DNA of 64,000 nt from Candidatus Bathyarchaeia archaeon (GTDB taxonomy: Archaea > Thermoproteota > Bathyarchaeia > Bathyarchaeales > Bathycorpusculaceae). The DNA is taken from contig JBEKWR010000005.1 in NCBI GenBank assembly GCA_049512935.1, positions 1-64,000 of the forward strand, given 5' to 3'. A model generated the notes under the pieces. That model made no database searches, had not been told where the DNA came from, and saw nothing but the letters and a program-made list of their open reading frames with translations. Shown piece by piece: positions 1-9,857 of the stretch; position 1 is the first letter of the stretch, and each line of letters opens with the position of its first letter. The position numbers and the translations under genes were made by a program.

Positions 1-402
1 CTTTCTCATCTTCGTTCTTCTGCCGAACATGTTCCTAACTTGCTCTTCTGTCATCGCAACCACGATGGTCGTCGGTTTACCTTCCCAACTACTGTCAACT
101 TCCAGTAACTGGATTTCCGGCGTCAATTCACTAGCAATGATACTGAACTCCGGCACGCTAAGCTCGCCCATAAGAAAGGTCACTGGAAAGTCCTCCGAAA
201 TGTCCTCGATGAACACCTTCTTCCCGGTCTTCTTGTTTCTGAACGAGTCCATCTCCATTTCCTCATCCTTTCCTTGGAATTCCCAACTCTTGCTTGTCAG
301 GAACTCGCGAACTCTTGAATAGGTCATCGCTATTTTGAACACGTTTTCTACTTCCAAGACCAACGCCTCTCCCGATCTCTTTATTGTATACTTTCTCACC
401 AA
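1..402 (-). CDS. hypothetical protein, 3' end truncated by window edge
   Basis: Open minus-strand frame from TTG 402/GTG 399 to base 1 (VRKYTIKRSGEALVLEVENVFKIAMTYSRVREFL...); not in the ORF track because its stop lies outside the window. Confidence 0.5.
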   Translation of the reverse strand, partial: MVRKYTIKRSGEALVLEVENVFKIAMTYSRVREFLTSKSWEFQGKDEEMEMDSFRNKKTGKKVFIEDISEDFPVTFLMGELSVPEFSIIASELTPEIQLLEVDSSWEGKPTTIVVAMTEEQVRNMFGRRTKMRK

Positions 403-525
403 ATAATAGTATGTCGGTTGCATTACTGGTTGCGCGCGCTTGGATTCATTCACTGGTATGCCGCTAAGAAGCTTGAAAAATACAAGTTTGAGCTTCGCAC
501 CCGCCGCTGGAAATATTAAGATGGC

Positions 526-1062
526 GTGTACAATATTCGCTGTGATACTTTGGAGTATGAGAGCATAACCTCAGAAGACTTCTTCAACCACCTAAGAAAT
601 GAAGAAGCGGAATGGCTAGCTCGCTGGTACAACCCCTCTTACAAATCCTTTGAGTTCTTCTACAAAATCTTTTTGGATTCAGAGAAAATCAAGCACCTGT
701 GCGCTTATCACCACGCTCTCTATATGAGCATGAGATGCGCTCTGTATGAGTATAAGAAAATCTACGAACCTCTCGGAGTGGGCGAATCAGACTATATCAA
801 GCCCACCTATTACTCACTCGAAGAAATGGTTAATAGGGTTAAAAATGAGGAAAAAATACTTTCCTCAAACGAATGGTGGCAGGCTGTGGGCACTTGGCGC
901 TTGCGGGAAATCGAGTTTGCTAGGAAACCGATAACCGTGAGGGAACTGGAACCTGAAAAATTCGAAGTCATGGACGGGAATCACAGAATAATTGCGAAAG
1001 CCCTTAAGGAAGGGTTTAATTTTGGCTGTCAGGCATTTGTGATGTGCAAGCAAAGACATTAG
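526..1062 (+). CDS. ParB/sulfiredoxin-like domain protein
   Basis: C-terminal PITVRE...FEVMDGNHRIIA resembles the ParB/Srx DGxHR motif. Confidence 0.5.
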   Translation: MYNIRCDTLEYESITSEDFFNHLRNEEAEWLARWYNPSYKSFEFFYKIFLDSEKIKHLCAYHHALYMSMRCALYEYKKIYEPLGVGESDYIKPTYYSLEEMVNRVKNEEKILSSNEWWQAVGTWRLREIEFARKPITVRELEPEKFEVMDGNHRIIAKALKEGFNFGCQAFVMCKQRH

Positions 1063-1147
1063 CTCGGCGCCGTTGATGCGCTCGTTGGCTAGCTAGCTAA
1101 GTTGTCATCACATGACTGTTTGCACCCGCAAACCCTCTTTTTCTTTG

Positions 1148-1423
1148 TTATTTTTCTACTGTTTGTTTCTTTTTTAGTCGGATTATGAGTTTGTGGTTTT
1201 TCTTTTCAAGAACCACATCTTCCTTTGCAATGTTATCTACAACTACTTCCCCATTATACTTCATTCTGCTAACAAAGCCTAGTTCCTTTAACTCTTGCGT
1301 GAGTCGTTCGCGAGACTTTTTCAAAAGGTCGCTTGACACCTCAGGGCTTCTGTTGAAGCAGAATGTAATGGTTTTCTTTTCGGGGTCGTAGTTTGCTTTT
1401 GTGCCTTTGCCAATTTTTTCCAC
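1148..1423 (-). CDS. small basic hypothetical protein
   Basis: 91-aa Lys/Glu-rich ORF with no recognised motif. Confidence 0.45.
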   Translation of the reverse strand: MEKIGKGTKANYDPEKKTITFCFNRSPEVSSDLLKKSRERLTQELKELGFVSRMKYNGEVVVDNIAKEDVVLEKKNHKLIIRLKKKQTVEK

Positions 1424-1519
1424 TTGACCCCATACGGCTTCTTCCTTTGAATCTTTCAGATTTATCGCCTTCTATTATTCTCTTTTAAATGATTAATGCT
1501 CCCATGCTTTAGCTTATAA

Positions 1520-1607
1520 TGGTGCAGGGGGTGGGATTTGAACCCACGAACGCCTGCGCGATAGGGTCCTAAGCCCTACTCCTTTGACCAGACTTGGAGA
1601 CCCCTGC
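1520..1607 (-). tRNA. tRNA-Leu (anticodon TAG)
   Basis: Reverse complement GCAGGGG...GGGC TTAGGA CCCT...long variable arm...GTGGG TTCAAAT CCCAC CCCCTGC A CCA; full cloverleaf with encoded CCA and no intron. Confidence 0.95.
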
Positions 1608-1722
1608 AACCGCCGATGTGAATCGAGCTAAATCTGTGCAGTCGTTACTAATTAACTTGAAGCCGCCAGACTGATCTGCCAAATGATGTTCCCACGGCGG
1701 GGTAGCGCGAAAAGAGTTGCCT

Positions 1723-2172
1723 TCAAAGCGCAGGCTGAACAGGCTGTTTTCCAGCAGGCTCAACCAACGTTTTGGAGGATACCCTTTTCCATCCTGAGAG
1801 AGCCACATAGATGGCGGCGATTATCACGATTATACCGATTGTAAGCAGCATGCCGACCAAGTATTGGCTTGGCGTTAAAGCAGGGTTTGTCAACTCCAGT
1901 ATCAAGAAGACTCCGATAGTAATCAGCACTAACCCAGCGACGAGATACCAGACAAAGCCGTATTCAGCTTTCTTCGGTTTCTCAACCGTCTTCGGAGCCT
2001 CGTTCTTCTCTTGTTTTGTGCCCACCACGGGTTCTTTTTGTTCCTGAGGCGGCTCGATTGCTGGCGTCGGTGGTGCCTGGCTGGGTGCCGTGTCCTTGAG
2101 TTGTGTCCCGCATTTGGGGCAGAAAATCATCGTATCGTCAACTTTGTTGCCGCATTTCGGACAAAACGACAT
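1723..2172 (-). CDS. zinc-ribbon domain membrane protein
   Basis: FCPKCG...FCPKCG N-terminus, Pro/Lys/Glu linker, two TM helices; ATG 2172 chosen as start. Confidence 0.8.
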   Translation of the reverse strand: MSFCPKCGNKVDDTMIFCPKCGTQLKDTAPSQAPPTPAIEPPQEQKEPVVGTKQEKNEAPKTVEKPKKAEYGFVWYLVAGLVLITIGVFLILELTNPALTPSQYLVGMLLTIGIIVIIAAIYVALSGWKRVSSKTLVEPAGKQPVQPAL

Positions 2173-2285
2173 GCAAGTTCCCCTCAGCAATCATACTTTA
2201 TCAACTCAGACAAATAAAAACATGCACTTCACATAAGGATAGAAAGATATATTTGCCCTAAAGTTGTTTTTCGAGTGGGAAACAA

Positions 2286-2792
2286 ATGGGGTTTCTAAAG
2301 AAGCTGAACATGCAAGCGCTGCCTGAAAAGAAAAAGGAAGACTTCATTACAGGCACGTACATTGGACTTTTCTTTATCCTGCTCGCCGCCATCTACTACG
2401 TCAACGTTAACACCAGCCTCTGGAACAGCTTCGTCACCTTCATCAACAATTTTGTCCTCGCAACAGTTCCAGGCACAAGCATAGGGCTGCCGGCTCCACA
2501 TAACCCGGCGGCTTTCGTCAGCCTCTACACCGCCGTCTTCCAGTTTTGCCTGGGGCTGGGCTTGATGGAGATCGTGATTCTAACGCTCAGGGTGTGGCTT
2601 AACTCGCCGATCACTAGAAAGGCAGAAACTATTGAAAACCTTGTTTTCTGGCTTGGAACAAGCTACCTCGTGCTCACGTACCTAGTTAATATTTCGATAA
2701 TCAGCGAGTGGTTTGTCTTCTGGGCTGGGGTAATAGTGATCGGAGGCTTATCGCTGGTTGCAAGATCGTTTGTTCTCATGGCAACCCGATAA
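2286..2792 (+). CDS. integral membrane hypothetical protein
   Basis: 168 aa with about four hydrophobic helices. Confidence 0.7.
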   Translation: MGFLKKLNMQALPEKKKEDFITGTYIGLFFILLAAIYYVNVNTSLWNSFVTFINNFVLATVPGTSIGLPAPHNPAAFVSLYTAVFQFCLGLGLMEIVILTLRVWLNSPITRKAETIENLVFWLGTSYLVLTYLVNISIISEWFVFWAGVIVIGGLSLVARSFVLMATR

Positions 2793-2795
2793 GAT

Positions 2796-3536
2796 TTAGC
2801 CTTTTGTTTTCAGCTTCCACCATAGCCTGGTCACTTGCCAAAACATGTTCCAGGAGTCTTTGGCGAAGTTAACTTTCGTGTCCCTACCACTTGTCCACTC
2901 AACAGGAATCTCCTTAACCTTAAAGCCGCGGCGCTGCGCCCTCACAAGAATTTCCGTGTCCCAGAACCAATGCGTCGCCTCCACCTCACCCAGCAAACCC
3001 AAAACCGCTTCTCTCTTGAAAGCTTTAAAACCACACTGGTGATCCCTGACTTTGGAGCCGAGCATGCGTCGGACAAGGAAATTGTAGCTTTTGGAGCTGA
3101 TGTTTCTGCGCAGGGAGCGTTCAACCTTGCTTTCGGGCAGCATCCTTGAACCCGTCGAAAGATCAAAGCCTTCGACCGTGATGGCGTCAACGAGGGGTTT
3201 TAGCGCTTTGAGGTCGGTGGCAAGGTCCAAATCCATGTAAACGAAAACTTCGCCGTTACATTGCCTAAACGCGTTGTTAAGGGCGGTTCCTCTCCCCAGC
3301 CTTTTTTCTCGGTGGATATGCCTAACAAAGGGGTATTTCTGCGTTAACTCTTCAGCGCGTTCAGCGGTGCCGTCGGTGCTGCCGTCTTCAGCGATAACGA
3401 TCTCAAAACGGTACCCAGCATCTTTTAGGGCTTGACTTACCTTCTCAACGGCGCCGTCCAGTTTGTCTGCTTCATTGTATGCTGGAAGAACAATTGAAAC
3501 CGTCACTTTGGCTTCTGCGGCAGTTTCATCCCCCAT
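2796..3536 (-). CDS. family 2 glycosyltransferase (dolichol/polyprenol-phosphate hexose synthase type)
   Basis: SIVLPAYNE, EDGSTDGT, YMDLDL, GSR and DHQCGFKAF motifs. Confidence 0.9.
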   Translation of the reverse strand: MGDETAAEAKVTVSIVLPAYNEADKLDGAVEKVSQALKDAGYRFEIVIAEDGSTDGTAERAEELTQKYPFVRHIHREKRLGRGTALNNAFRQCNGEVFVYMDLDLATDLKALKPLVDAITVEGFDLSTGSRMLPESKVERSLRRNISSKSYNFLVRRMLGSKVRDHQCGFKAFKREAVLGLLGEVEATHWFWDTEILVRAQRRGFKVKEIPVEWTSGRDTKVNFAKDSWNMFWQVTRLWWKLKTKG

Positions 3537-5336
3537 TTAGAACACCCAGTCTTTGAACCACTTCAAACTGTTAATCGTTGAGGTGGAGGTTGGCACGCCT
3601 GAAATCACAGGGTAGAAAAGAACAAACAGTGCCACCACAAGTGCAAAGTACGCTACAGTCAACACTTTTACCCATTTGTTACTCCAATACCTGTTTATGA
3701 AAAATGTCGAAGCCAAGCAGAGGAATGGCACGTTAGAGTAGAAATGGTAGTCGTAGGTACCGCGGGAAATAAAAATGTACACCAGCCACTGGAAAAAGAA
3801 GTACACAAGGATAAATACGGCAGGCAAGTTGTCTTTCAGGCTAAAGCTAAACCGCTTCTTAAGGATTTTTGGCACGGTGAAAACTGTTAATCCGATTATT
3901 GCGGCAAACCCCACCCACCAAACAGCGGGATTACCCAGCAAAGTAATTATTGATTGCGTTCCGTTAGGAAGGGATGCTAATTCTAGCCAATATGGAACAA
4001 GCACTTTGGAATTGAAAGGATCAAACAAGAAAGGCCAAGTGTACCACGGGGATTCCCAACCGTTTCTTGCCGTCAAGGTTGAATGGTAAATGTACATTTG
4101 ATTTTGCAGGTTAAGGACGTCAAGAAATGACCTGCCCATGAGCATGTCTGGAATGTAAACGATAAAGTAGACAAGTATCGCTAGGAGCAGCATGATGACA
4201 ATTGCAGAGTACGGGTGATCAAGCAACGTGTAGAACTTGTCAGACAGTTTTCCCCTCACTTTCTTAACCTCGCTTAAACGCATCACCAAAAGAATGGCAA
4301 GCGCCCCAGCAAACCCGAAAAGAACAACCCACTTTGTCGCGGTGCCCAATGCCGCAAACATGATGCATAAGAACAATGGTATGATGCTGGTCTTCCAGCC
4401 TTTGTCAACCACGTTCTTGAGGTAGATCAAAAAGAACAGCTCCGAAGCCACCGAGAAGAAGACCACGTAAGTGTCGGCTGTTCCCAGTCTCCCCATGGTG
4501 AAATGCATGAAGTCGAAGGTCAACAAAAACGCCGCAGCGAAACCGCCTATCCACGTGCCGTACAGCTTCTTGCCTACCAAGTAGATCAGCGCAATCATGA
4601 GCGTGGCGAAGATGACACCCATTATACGCCATCCGAACGGGGTGAAACCGAAAATCAGTATGCCTCCTGCCTGGATTAGTTTGCCAAGCGGCGGATGAGT
4701 CCACTCGTAGATCGGCATCTGCAAATGCATGTATTCCTGCGCGGTTCTTACAAAGTAGATTTCGTCAAAGTACGTGTTTTCCATGTAATCCGCTGGGTAA
4801 TGAACGGCGCTTTGCGCGTTGACAAGGTTGTTAACGTCCAGGTTGCCTGTGCCTGCGTTAGTGATTGATTGGATCGTGACTATCTGGTCATTCTGGTTCA
4901 AGACGGCAATCTGCAGAAGCATCGTCTCGTAACTTCCCACTGGGCCAATGTCAACCTTCAAGTACTGAGTAGTCTGGTCAACGGACACTTCGTTCTGTCC
5001 CGTGTCGTTATTTTGAACATATTTGCAGTAATCTTCAGACCATGCACCATTTGAGTAGGGCCAAAGATCGTGCTCCACAGCAGTCCAGTTGCCAGGCGAA
5101 CCTGTGGAGATTGTGCCGTTAAATGCGCCTTGGTACAGGATAATAAGCATCGATTTAACGTTGGTTTGGCTGCCGAGGTTAACGTAGAAGCTTTGCCCAG
5201 CAGTCAACTGAGTCACTGTGTTCGGGTAGGTTGTGGCGCCAAGGTTGACCACTGCGATTGAGAAGAAAACGACGCAGAGCAAAACGATTGTCAAGGCGTC
5301 TTTCTTGTCGATTTTTAGTCCTAAGTCAACGTTCAA
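3537..5336 (-). CDS. PMT-family (GT39) lipid-phosphate-mannose:protein glycosyltransferase
   Basis: YFDEIYF, EWTHPPLGK, FGWR, ATKW, LLGNPAVWW and YHF motifs; multi-TM with an extracellular N-terminal domain. Confidence 0.85.
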   Translation of the reverse strand: MNVDLGLKIDKKDALTIVLLCVVFFSIAVVNLGATTYPNTVTQLTAGQSFYVNLGSQTNVKSMLIILYQGAFNGTISTGSPGNWTAVEHDLWPYSNGAWSEDYCKYVQNNDTGQNEVSVDQTTQYLKVDIGPVGSYETMLLQIAVLNQNDQIVTIQSITNAGTGNLDVNNLVNAQSAVHYPADYMENTYFDEIYFVRTAQEYMHLQMPIYEWTHPPLGKLIQAGGILIFGFTPFGWRIMGVIFATLMIALIYLVGKKLYGTWIGGFAAAFLLTFDFMHFTMGRLGTADTYVVFFSVASELFFLIYLKNVVDKGWKTSIIPLFLCIMFAALGTATKWVVLFGFAGALAILLVMRLSEVKKVRGKLSDKFYTLLDHPYSAIVIMLLLAILVYFIVYIPDMLMGRSFLDVLNLQNQMYIYHSTLTARNGWESPWYTWPFLFDPFNSKVLVPYWLELASLPNGTQSIITLLGNPAVWWVGFAAIIGLTVFTVPKILKKRFSFSLKDNLPAVFILVYFFFQWLVYIFISRGTYDYHFYSNVPFLCLASTFFINRYWSNKWVKVLTVAYFALVVALFVLFYPVISGVPTSTSTINSLKWFKDWVF

Positions 5337-6637
5337 GCGGGCTCACCTCTTTCGACGGCTTGGCTGGGTTGCGCGGGTTCCGCCTTTAGCCATGTCCTCT
5401 TGTCCCACATGACTATTGAAGCGTAAGCGAGCATTAATAAATTAATTGCGCTAACCGCGATAACCACTGGGTCGCCAGTCAAGTTCGGAGCGTAAGGATA
5501 ATCATGGTTAAGCCAGTACAGAACGTAAGCTTCATTCACGAGCAAGGTCGCCGTCAAAATCGCGTAGAACGGTCTGGCTTTCTTGACGAATGGGAACATC
5601 AAAGCTAACATGCTGATGGCTGGGAACAGGTAACGCTCGTGAATCCTTGTGGGAAGCATGAAAAAGGCGAAGAGAAGCATGAACGCCGCGTAAACAGCCA
5701 TGAACTCGCTTGAAGTTTTGAAACGCTTGTTCAGGATGTACAGGGTGAAAGCGGCGAAGGCTGCGAAAAGTGCCCAACCGACAATGTACAGGTTTCCGTC
5801 AGGCACCCACATGCCCGATATCAAGCCCCAGAGGTTGAAGGCGTTGATTGAAGTGTACGCGTACCCCTTGTAAGCCACAACATAAATGTTAGTCAAGAAA
5901 GAGACAGGGCTGCCTCCCCAGTTGAAAGGAAGAATCACAACGAAAACCGTGACGGCAAACGTAAGCACGGAAAACAGCATCTGCCTCAAACCGTTCTTCT
6001 TGTAAATCAGAAATGCAACCAGCGGCGCGAGGGCTATTCCCTGCGGTTTTGTCAGGATCCCGAGGGCGAAGGCAGCCGCGGAAAGTTTCGGCTTGCTTCT
6101 GAGCGCAAGCATAAGAGAAAGCACAAGGAAGAACGTGTAGATGGCGTCGTACTGACCCCAGACCGCCGCGTCGTAGATTACCGCGGGGTTGAAAGTGTAG
6201 AGCGCCGTTGCGGCTATCGCGAGTTTGAAGCTTGCTTGTTTACGGACAAAAATGAAGATTAAAATTGCAGTGCCCAAGTCGAAGATGTTTGGCGCCAACT
6301 TTACAATGTTCACAGCGCTGATGCCGACTGTTGACGCCGCGTTCGCTATGGAGCCGAACAACCAGAAAACGTAAACGTTAAAGGGCGGATAATCGGACCA
6401 TCCAGTGTCACTGTAAAACGGTCTTATGCCATGCGTTGCCGCCGTGTTAAACCAGGCGAGAAAATCGTCGGTGTCGATTTTGTATCCAGGCAGGGGAAAC
6501 AGGAGAAGCCTGACTAGGAAGGAAACGGCAAGAACTGCGGTTAAAATGACGATTTCCTGTCTTGCAGTGAAGTTAACCGCGTTTCCCCTCCGTCTTCTGG
6601 AAAATACTGGTAGTCTTGGAATAAGAAGGTTTTTCAA
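5333..6637 (-). CDS. GT-C fold membrane glycosyltransferase
   Basis: DYPP, FNPAVIYDAAVWGQYD, KPQ, SINAFNLW and HERY motifs; many TM helices; true start may lie a little downstream. Confidence 0.8.
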   Translation of the reverse strand: MKNLLIPRLPVFSRRRRGNAVNFTARQEIVILTAVLAVSFLVRLLLFPLPGYKIDTDDFLAWFNTAATHGIRPFYSDTGWSDYPPFNVYVFWLFGSIANAASTVGISAVNIVKLAPNIFDLGTAILIFIFVRKQASFKLAIAATALYTFNPAVIYDAAVWGQYDAIYTFFLVLSLMLALRSKPKLSAAAFALGILTKPQGIALAPLVAFLIYKKNGLRQMLFSVLTFAVTVFVVILPFNWGGSPVSFLTNIYVVAYKGYAYTSINAFNLWGLISGMWVPDGNLYIVGWALFAAFAAFTLYILNKRFKTSSEFMAVYAAFMLLFAFFMLPTRIHERYLFPAISMLALMFPFVKKARPFYAILTATLLVNEAYVLYWLNHDYPYAPNLTGDPVVIAVSAINLLMLAYASIVMWDKRTWLKAEPAQPSQAVERGEPA

Positions 6638-6841
6638 AATCCACCAATTAATTTTTCTTGATTATCAACGGACTAAGCGGCGTCTTCAGGTCAAAATAAA
6701 GGTGAAGAACGATTAAAATTTAAATGCAAGCTCGCTTGAGCCTCAATTTAGCGATTAGCGCCGAATTTGGAAATCTTTTAATTCTAGTCTGCGCTTAATG
6801 CTCATAGCGGATCAAAATTTGATCCTTAAAAGGCGTTTTTC

Positions 6842-7678
6842 ATGTGGACAATGCGCAGACTATCGTCAATTCTTGTTGGTTCACTCATGCTACTCGCTGC
6901 TTTCAGCCCAGCAATAGCCATGCCCGCCATGTCAATGCCGCCGGGAATAGGCATCATGCGTTTAGGCAACAGCAATTGGACAAGCACTAACTGGAGCGGT
7001 TACGCGGTTACAGGCGCGTCTGGTTCAGTAACTTCAGCCAGCGGATCATGGAAGGTTCCCGCGGTCACACCTGGAACCAGCCCAACCGCAACTTACTACG
7101 CCGCGTTTTGGGTAGGCATCGACGGGTTCAGCTCAAACACCGTTGAACAAACGGGCACAATCTCCGAAATTCAAGGTAGCACCGCAGTGTACTACGCATG
7201 GTACGAGTTCTATCCGAGCGCAATGTACGAGATTACCTCGATGACGATTCACACAGGCGACGTTATGAACGCAACTGTAGCCTACACGGGCACAACCAGA
7301 GGCTTCTTCGGCAGATCAAGCAGCACGTTCACCGTAACCATCACGGACAAGACAACAAGCAAAACCTACACGACTACTGCAACAGTTTCAAACGCAGCCA
7401 GATCGTCAGCAGAGTGGATTGCAGAAGCACCATCATCCAACCGCGGGATTCTGCCTCTGGCAAACTTTGCCACGGCATCGTACGGTTACGACAACACAGC
7501 TGTCACGAGAACCTGTTACGCCACAGTGGCTGGCACAGCGGGGCAAATCAGCGCTTTCGGGTCAGCAGTTCAGAAGATAACCATGGTTACCAACAGCGGC
7601 GCAACCAAAGCCTCACCCTCAGCGCTGTCAACCGACGGAACAAGCTTTCAGGTAACTTGGGCAAGCGCTGGACCGTAA
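6842..7678 (+). CDS. secreted G1-family (peptidase A4/eqolisin) glutamic peptidase
   Basis: Signal peptide; STNWSGYAV, WVGIDG, EQTGT (catalytic Gln), AWYEFYP and SAEWIAEAP (catalytic Glu) motifs. Confidence 0.88.
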   Translation: MWTMRRLSSILVGSLMLLAAFSPAIAMPAMSMPPGIGIMRLGNSNWTSTNWSGYAVTGASGSVTSASGSWKVPAVTPGTSPTATYYAAFWVGIDGFSSNTVEQTGTISEIQGSTAVYYAWYEFYPSAMYEITSMTIHTGDVMNATVAYTGTTRGFFGRSSSTFTVTITDKTTSKTYTTTATVSNAARSSAEWIAEAPSSNRGILPLANFATASYGYDNTAVTRTCYATVAGTAGQISAFGSAVQKITMVTNSGATKASPSALSTDGTSFQVTWASAGP

Positions 7679-8029
7679 AAGGCAAGCTAGCGAACCAACA
7701 TCCATCTTTTTATGTCTCATGAACCTGCGCTGCGCTTCCGTTTGAAAAAGGCAGACAAACAACAAACAAATGGATAAGCAAAAATTCCTGTCAGTCGGCT
7801 ACAAAGTCTGATACGTGAACATCAGTTCATTTTGCTTGAATGTTTGGTGCATAACGTAAGTCAGGTCAGCGGCATGCTTGGTCTCACGAAAATCCAAGAA
7901 TTTGGCAGAATGATTGAAGATTTCAACCGAGCTAGCCCGTCCTACCAAGCAAGACTCCTATGCAATCGAGCGCCCGCCGGAGCCGAAACCCCAGTTTTTC
8001 CGTTAATTGAGGCTCAAGCAAATTAATGG

Positions 8030-9181
8030 ATGGTTACAGTAAGGTTAATCATTGCGCTTAAACTATGCCTAACAGCGGAAACAACCAATTTGTCGGCCAT
8101 CAAGTATCTTTCAACTCGAAAAGCTTTTTTCTTCATGTTCATAGGGCTGTCTGTCTTCGTTCTGTACCTGTACTTTTTTGCAGGGTTCAAAAGAATAGTT
8201 GTTGTCCTCAGCGGAGTCAACCCGATGCAGTACGCCCTTTTCTATTCTCTGGCGATAGGCGCCGTGCTGCTTGGCAACTTTTTTTGGCTCCTGTCCTGGC
8301 GCAAGGTTCTGAACACGCTTCACGTCAAGATCAGCCTGAAAAACGCGTTTCTGTACTACTGGACGGGCTACTTCGTTGACCTCATCGTTCCCTGCGAAAC
8401 CGTTTGCGGCGAGGTCACAAGACTGTACCTTGTCCACAAAGAAACAGACGACGACTACGGCGTCATAGCCGCTGGAGGAGTTACAAACCGCATAATAGCC
8501 TACATAATAGTGGTGACAGGTCTTTACGCGAGCGCTGGGCTTCTGTTCCTGAAGGCAAACATCCCGCTGGTTATCTTGAGCGTTTTCATTTTCATTTTGA
8601 TCGGCGCCTCGCTTTACCTTGTAGTTCTTTTGTACTTGGCGTTCAGCCAGCAGGCGGCTGGAAAACTTGCGAAGATAGGATTAAAAGTAATGAGGGCGCT
8701 GCGCCCGAAGAAGTACGGTTCAAGCGATCTTTCCGAAGACACAAAAAAGAGTCTCGCCGCCTTTTACACGGGATTCAAAACCTTCCGCGAAAAGCCTCGC
8801 CATCTGGTTGTGCCGTTCTTCTATCTGACACTTGCATGGATTTTTAACCTCACCCAGTACATTCTGGTTTTTTACGCCCTCGGAATCTTCAACGAGTCCT
8901 TCGCTTTTTTCATCATAATTTACTTCGTGGCGGGGTCGTTGACGGACGCCGCGGCTAGTTTTTCGGTTGGAACCCTTGACATTCTCTTGGCAAGCATTTT
9001 TGTCCTTTACGGGTTAAGCCCTGCCCTGAGCGGAATCACAGCGGCGCTCGTGAGAAGCGTTACGTTCTGGTCGCCTCTCATAATAGGCTACGTTATGGTT
9101 CAGATCCTCGGAGGTAAACGCATGCTGGGACCACGCGTCAACGAAGCAAAGGCCGTGGTTGCGCAAAAAGCAAGCGGATGA
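8030..9181 (+). CDS. lysylphosphatidylglycerol-synthase TM / UPF0104 flippase-like protein
   Basis: W..VL, GYFVDLIVP..CGEV.R and R...FW patterns; many TM helices; start uncertain. Confidence 0.8.
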   Translation: MVTVRLIIALKLCLTAETTNLSAIKYLSTRKAFFFMFIGLSVFVLYLYFFAGFKRIVVVLSGVNPMQYALFYSLAIGAVLLGNFFWLLSWRKVLNTLHVKISLKNAFLYYWTGYFVDLIVPCETVCGEVTRLYLVHKETDDDYGVIAAGGVTNRIIAYIIVVTGLYASAGLLFLKANIPLVILSVFIFILIGASLYLVVLLYLAFSQQAAGKLAKIGLKVMRALRPKKYGSSDLSEDTKKSLAAFYTGFKTFREKPRHLVVPFFYLTLAWIFNLTQYILVFYALGIFNESFAFFIIIYFVAGSLTDAAASFSVGTLDILLASIFVLYGLSPALSGITAALVRSVTFWSPLIIGYVMVQILGGKRMLGPRVNEAKAVVAQKASG

Positions 9182-9270
9182 ACCTCAAAATTCTGTATCC
9201 ATGTTGTACACGTCTACAAATTTGATGCGCAATTCACAACGTTTATTATTTTTCCTTTAAAAGACAAGCT

Positions 9271-9441
9271 ATGCATCCGCCGCTGAAAGACCCAAAGCAC
9301 AAAGAACCTTCAAAACGCGCCATAAAAAGGGTTCTCGCCAACTCGGGGTACTCTATGAACGCGACGGATAAGATTTGGGAATGGTACAATCCGCCGAGGA
9401 AAAAAGCCGCTTCAAACCGACCGAAGACGGATGACGCTTAA
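9271..9441 (+). CDS. putative 56-aa small protein
   Basis: MHPPLKDPKHKEPSKRAIKRVLANSGYSMNATDKIWEWYNPP...; TTTATTA TATA-like box just upstream (leaderless geometry); below the ORF-track cutoff. Confidence 0.45.
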   Translation: MHPPLKDPKHKEPSKRAIKRVLANSGYSMNATDKIWEWYNPPRKKAASNRPKTDDA

Positions 9442-9452
9442 CTTGAATTGTA

Positions 9453-9513
9453 TGGAGCCTTCGGCGGGATTTGGACCCGCGATTATTGCCTTCAAAGTAA
9501 CGCCTATCAGGCT
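9453..9513 (-). repeat. degenerate duplicate of the tRNA-Thr 3' portion (att-like direct repeat)
   Basis: 9453-9482 is identical (30 bp) to 10189-10218; similarity then decays through the anticodon arm. Confidence 0.85.
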
Positions 9514-9592
9514 TCCCAGTGGTGGGAGAGGAGGTGGATGATGGCTTCCACTGTTTCTTGGAGAAAATCATTAGAACGCCGAAATGTTGAAG

Positions 9593-9853
9593 TCACCTGT
9601 AAACACAATCATGATGCTCATATCTTCTTATAGTAACTACATTCCTTGCCTCATCTATGTCGTAGACAAGCACGAATGAGCCGATGTGAACCCTCCGCAT
9701 TTGCTGCATTGGACTCTTCAGAGGCTTGAATTGCTGCGGATTTTCCAATATTTCTCTTACTTTCTTAGTTAAGCAATCGAACTGTGCCGGATCCTTCTTT
9801 TGCAGTTTCTTGAATGTCTTGTCTACTCTTTCGACGACTTCCAGAGAATACAC
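9593..9853 (-). CDS. RelE/ParE-superfamily toxin
   Basis: FKKLQKKDP...ILENPQQFKPLKSPMQQMRRVHIGSFVLVYDID...HHDCVY; GTG 9853 is the likely start, directly after the antitoxin gene. Confidence 0.85.
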   Translation of the reverse strand: MYSLEVVERVDKTFKKLQKKDPAQFDCLTKKVREILENPQQFKPLKSPMQQMRRVHIGSFVLVYDIDEARNVVTIRRYEHHDCVYR

Positions 9854-9857
9854 GCAA

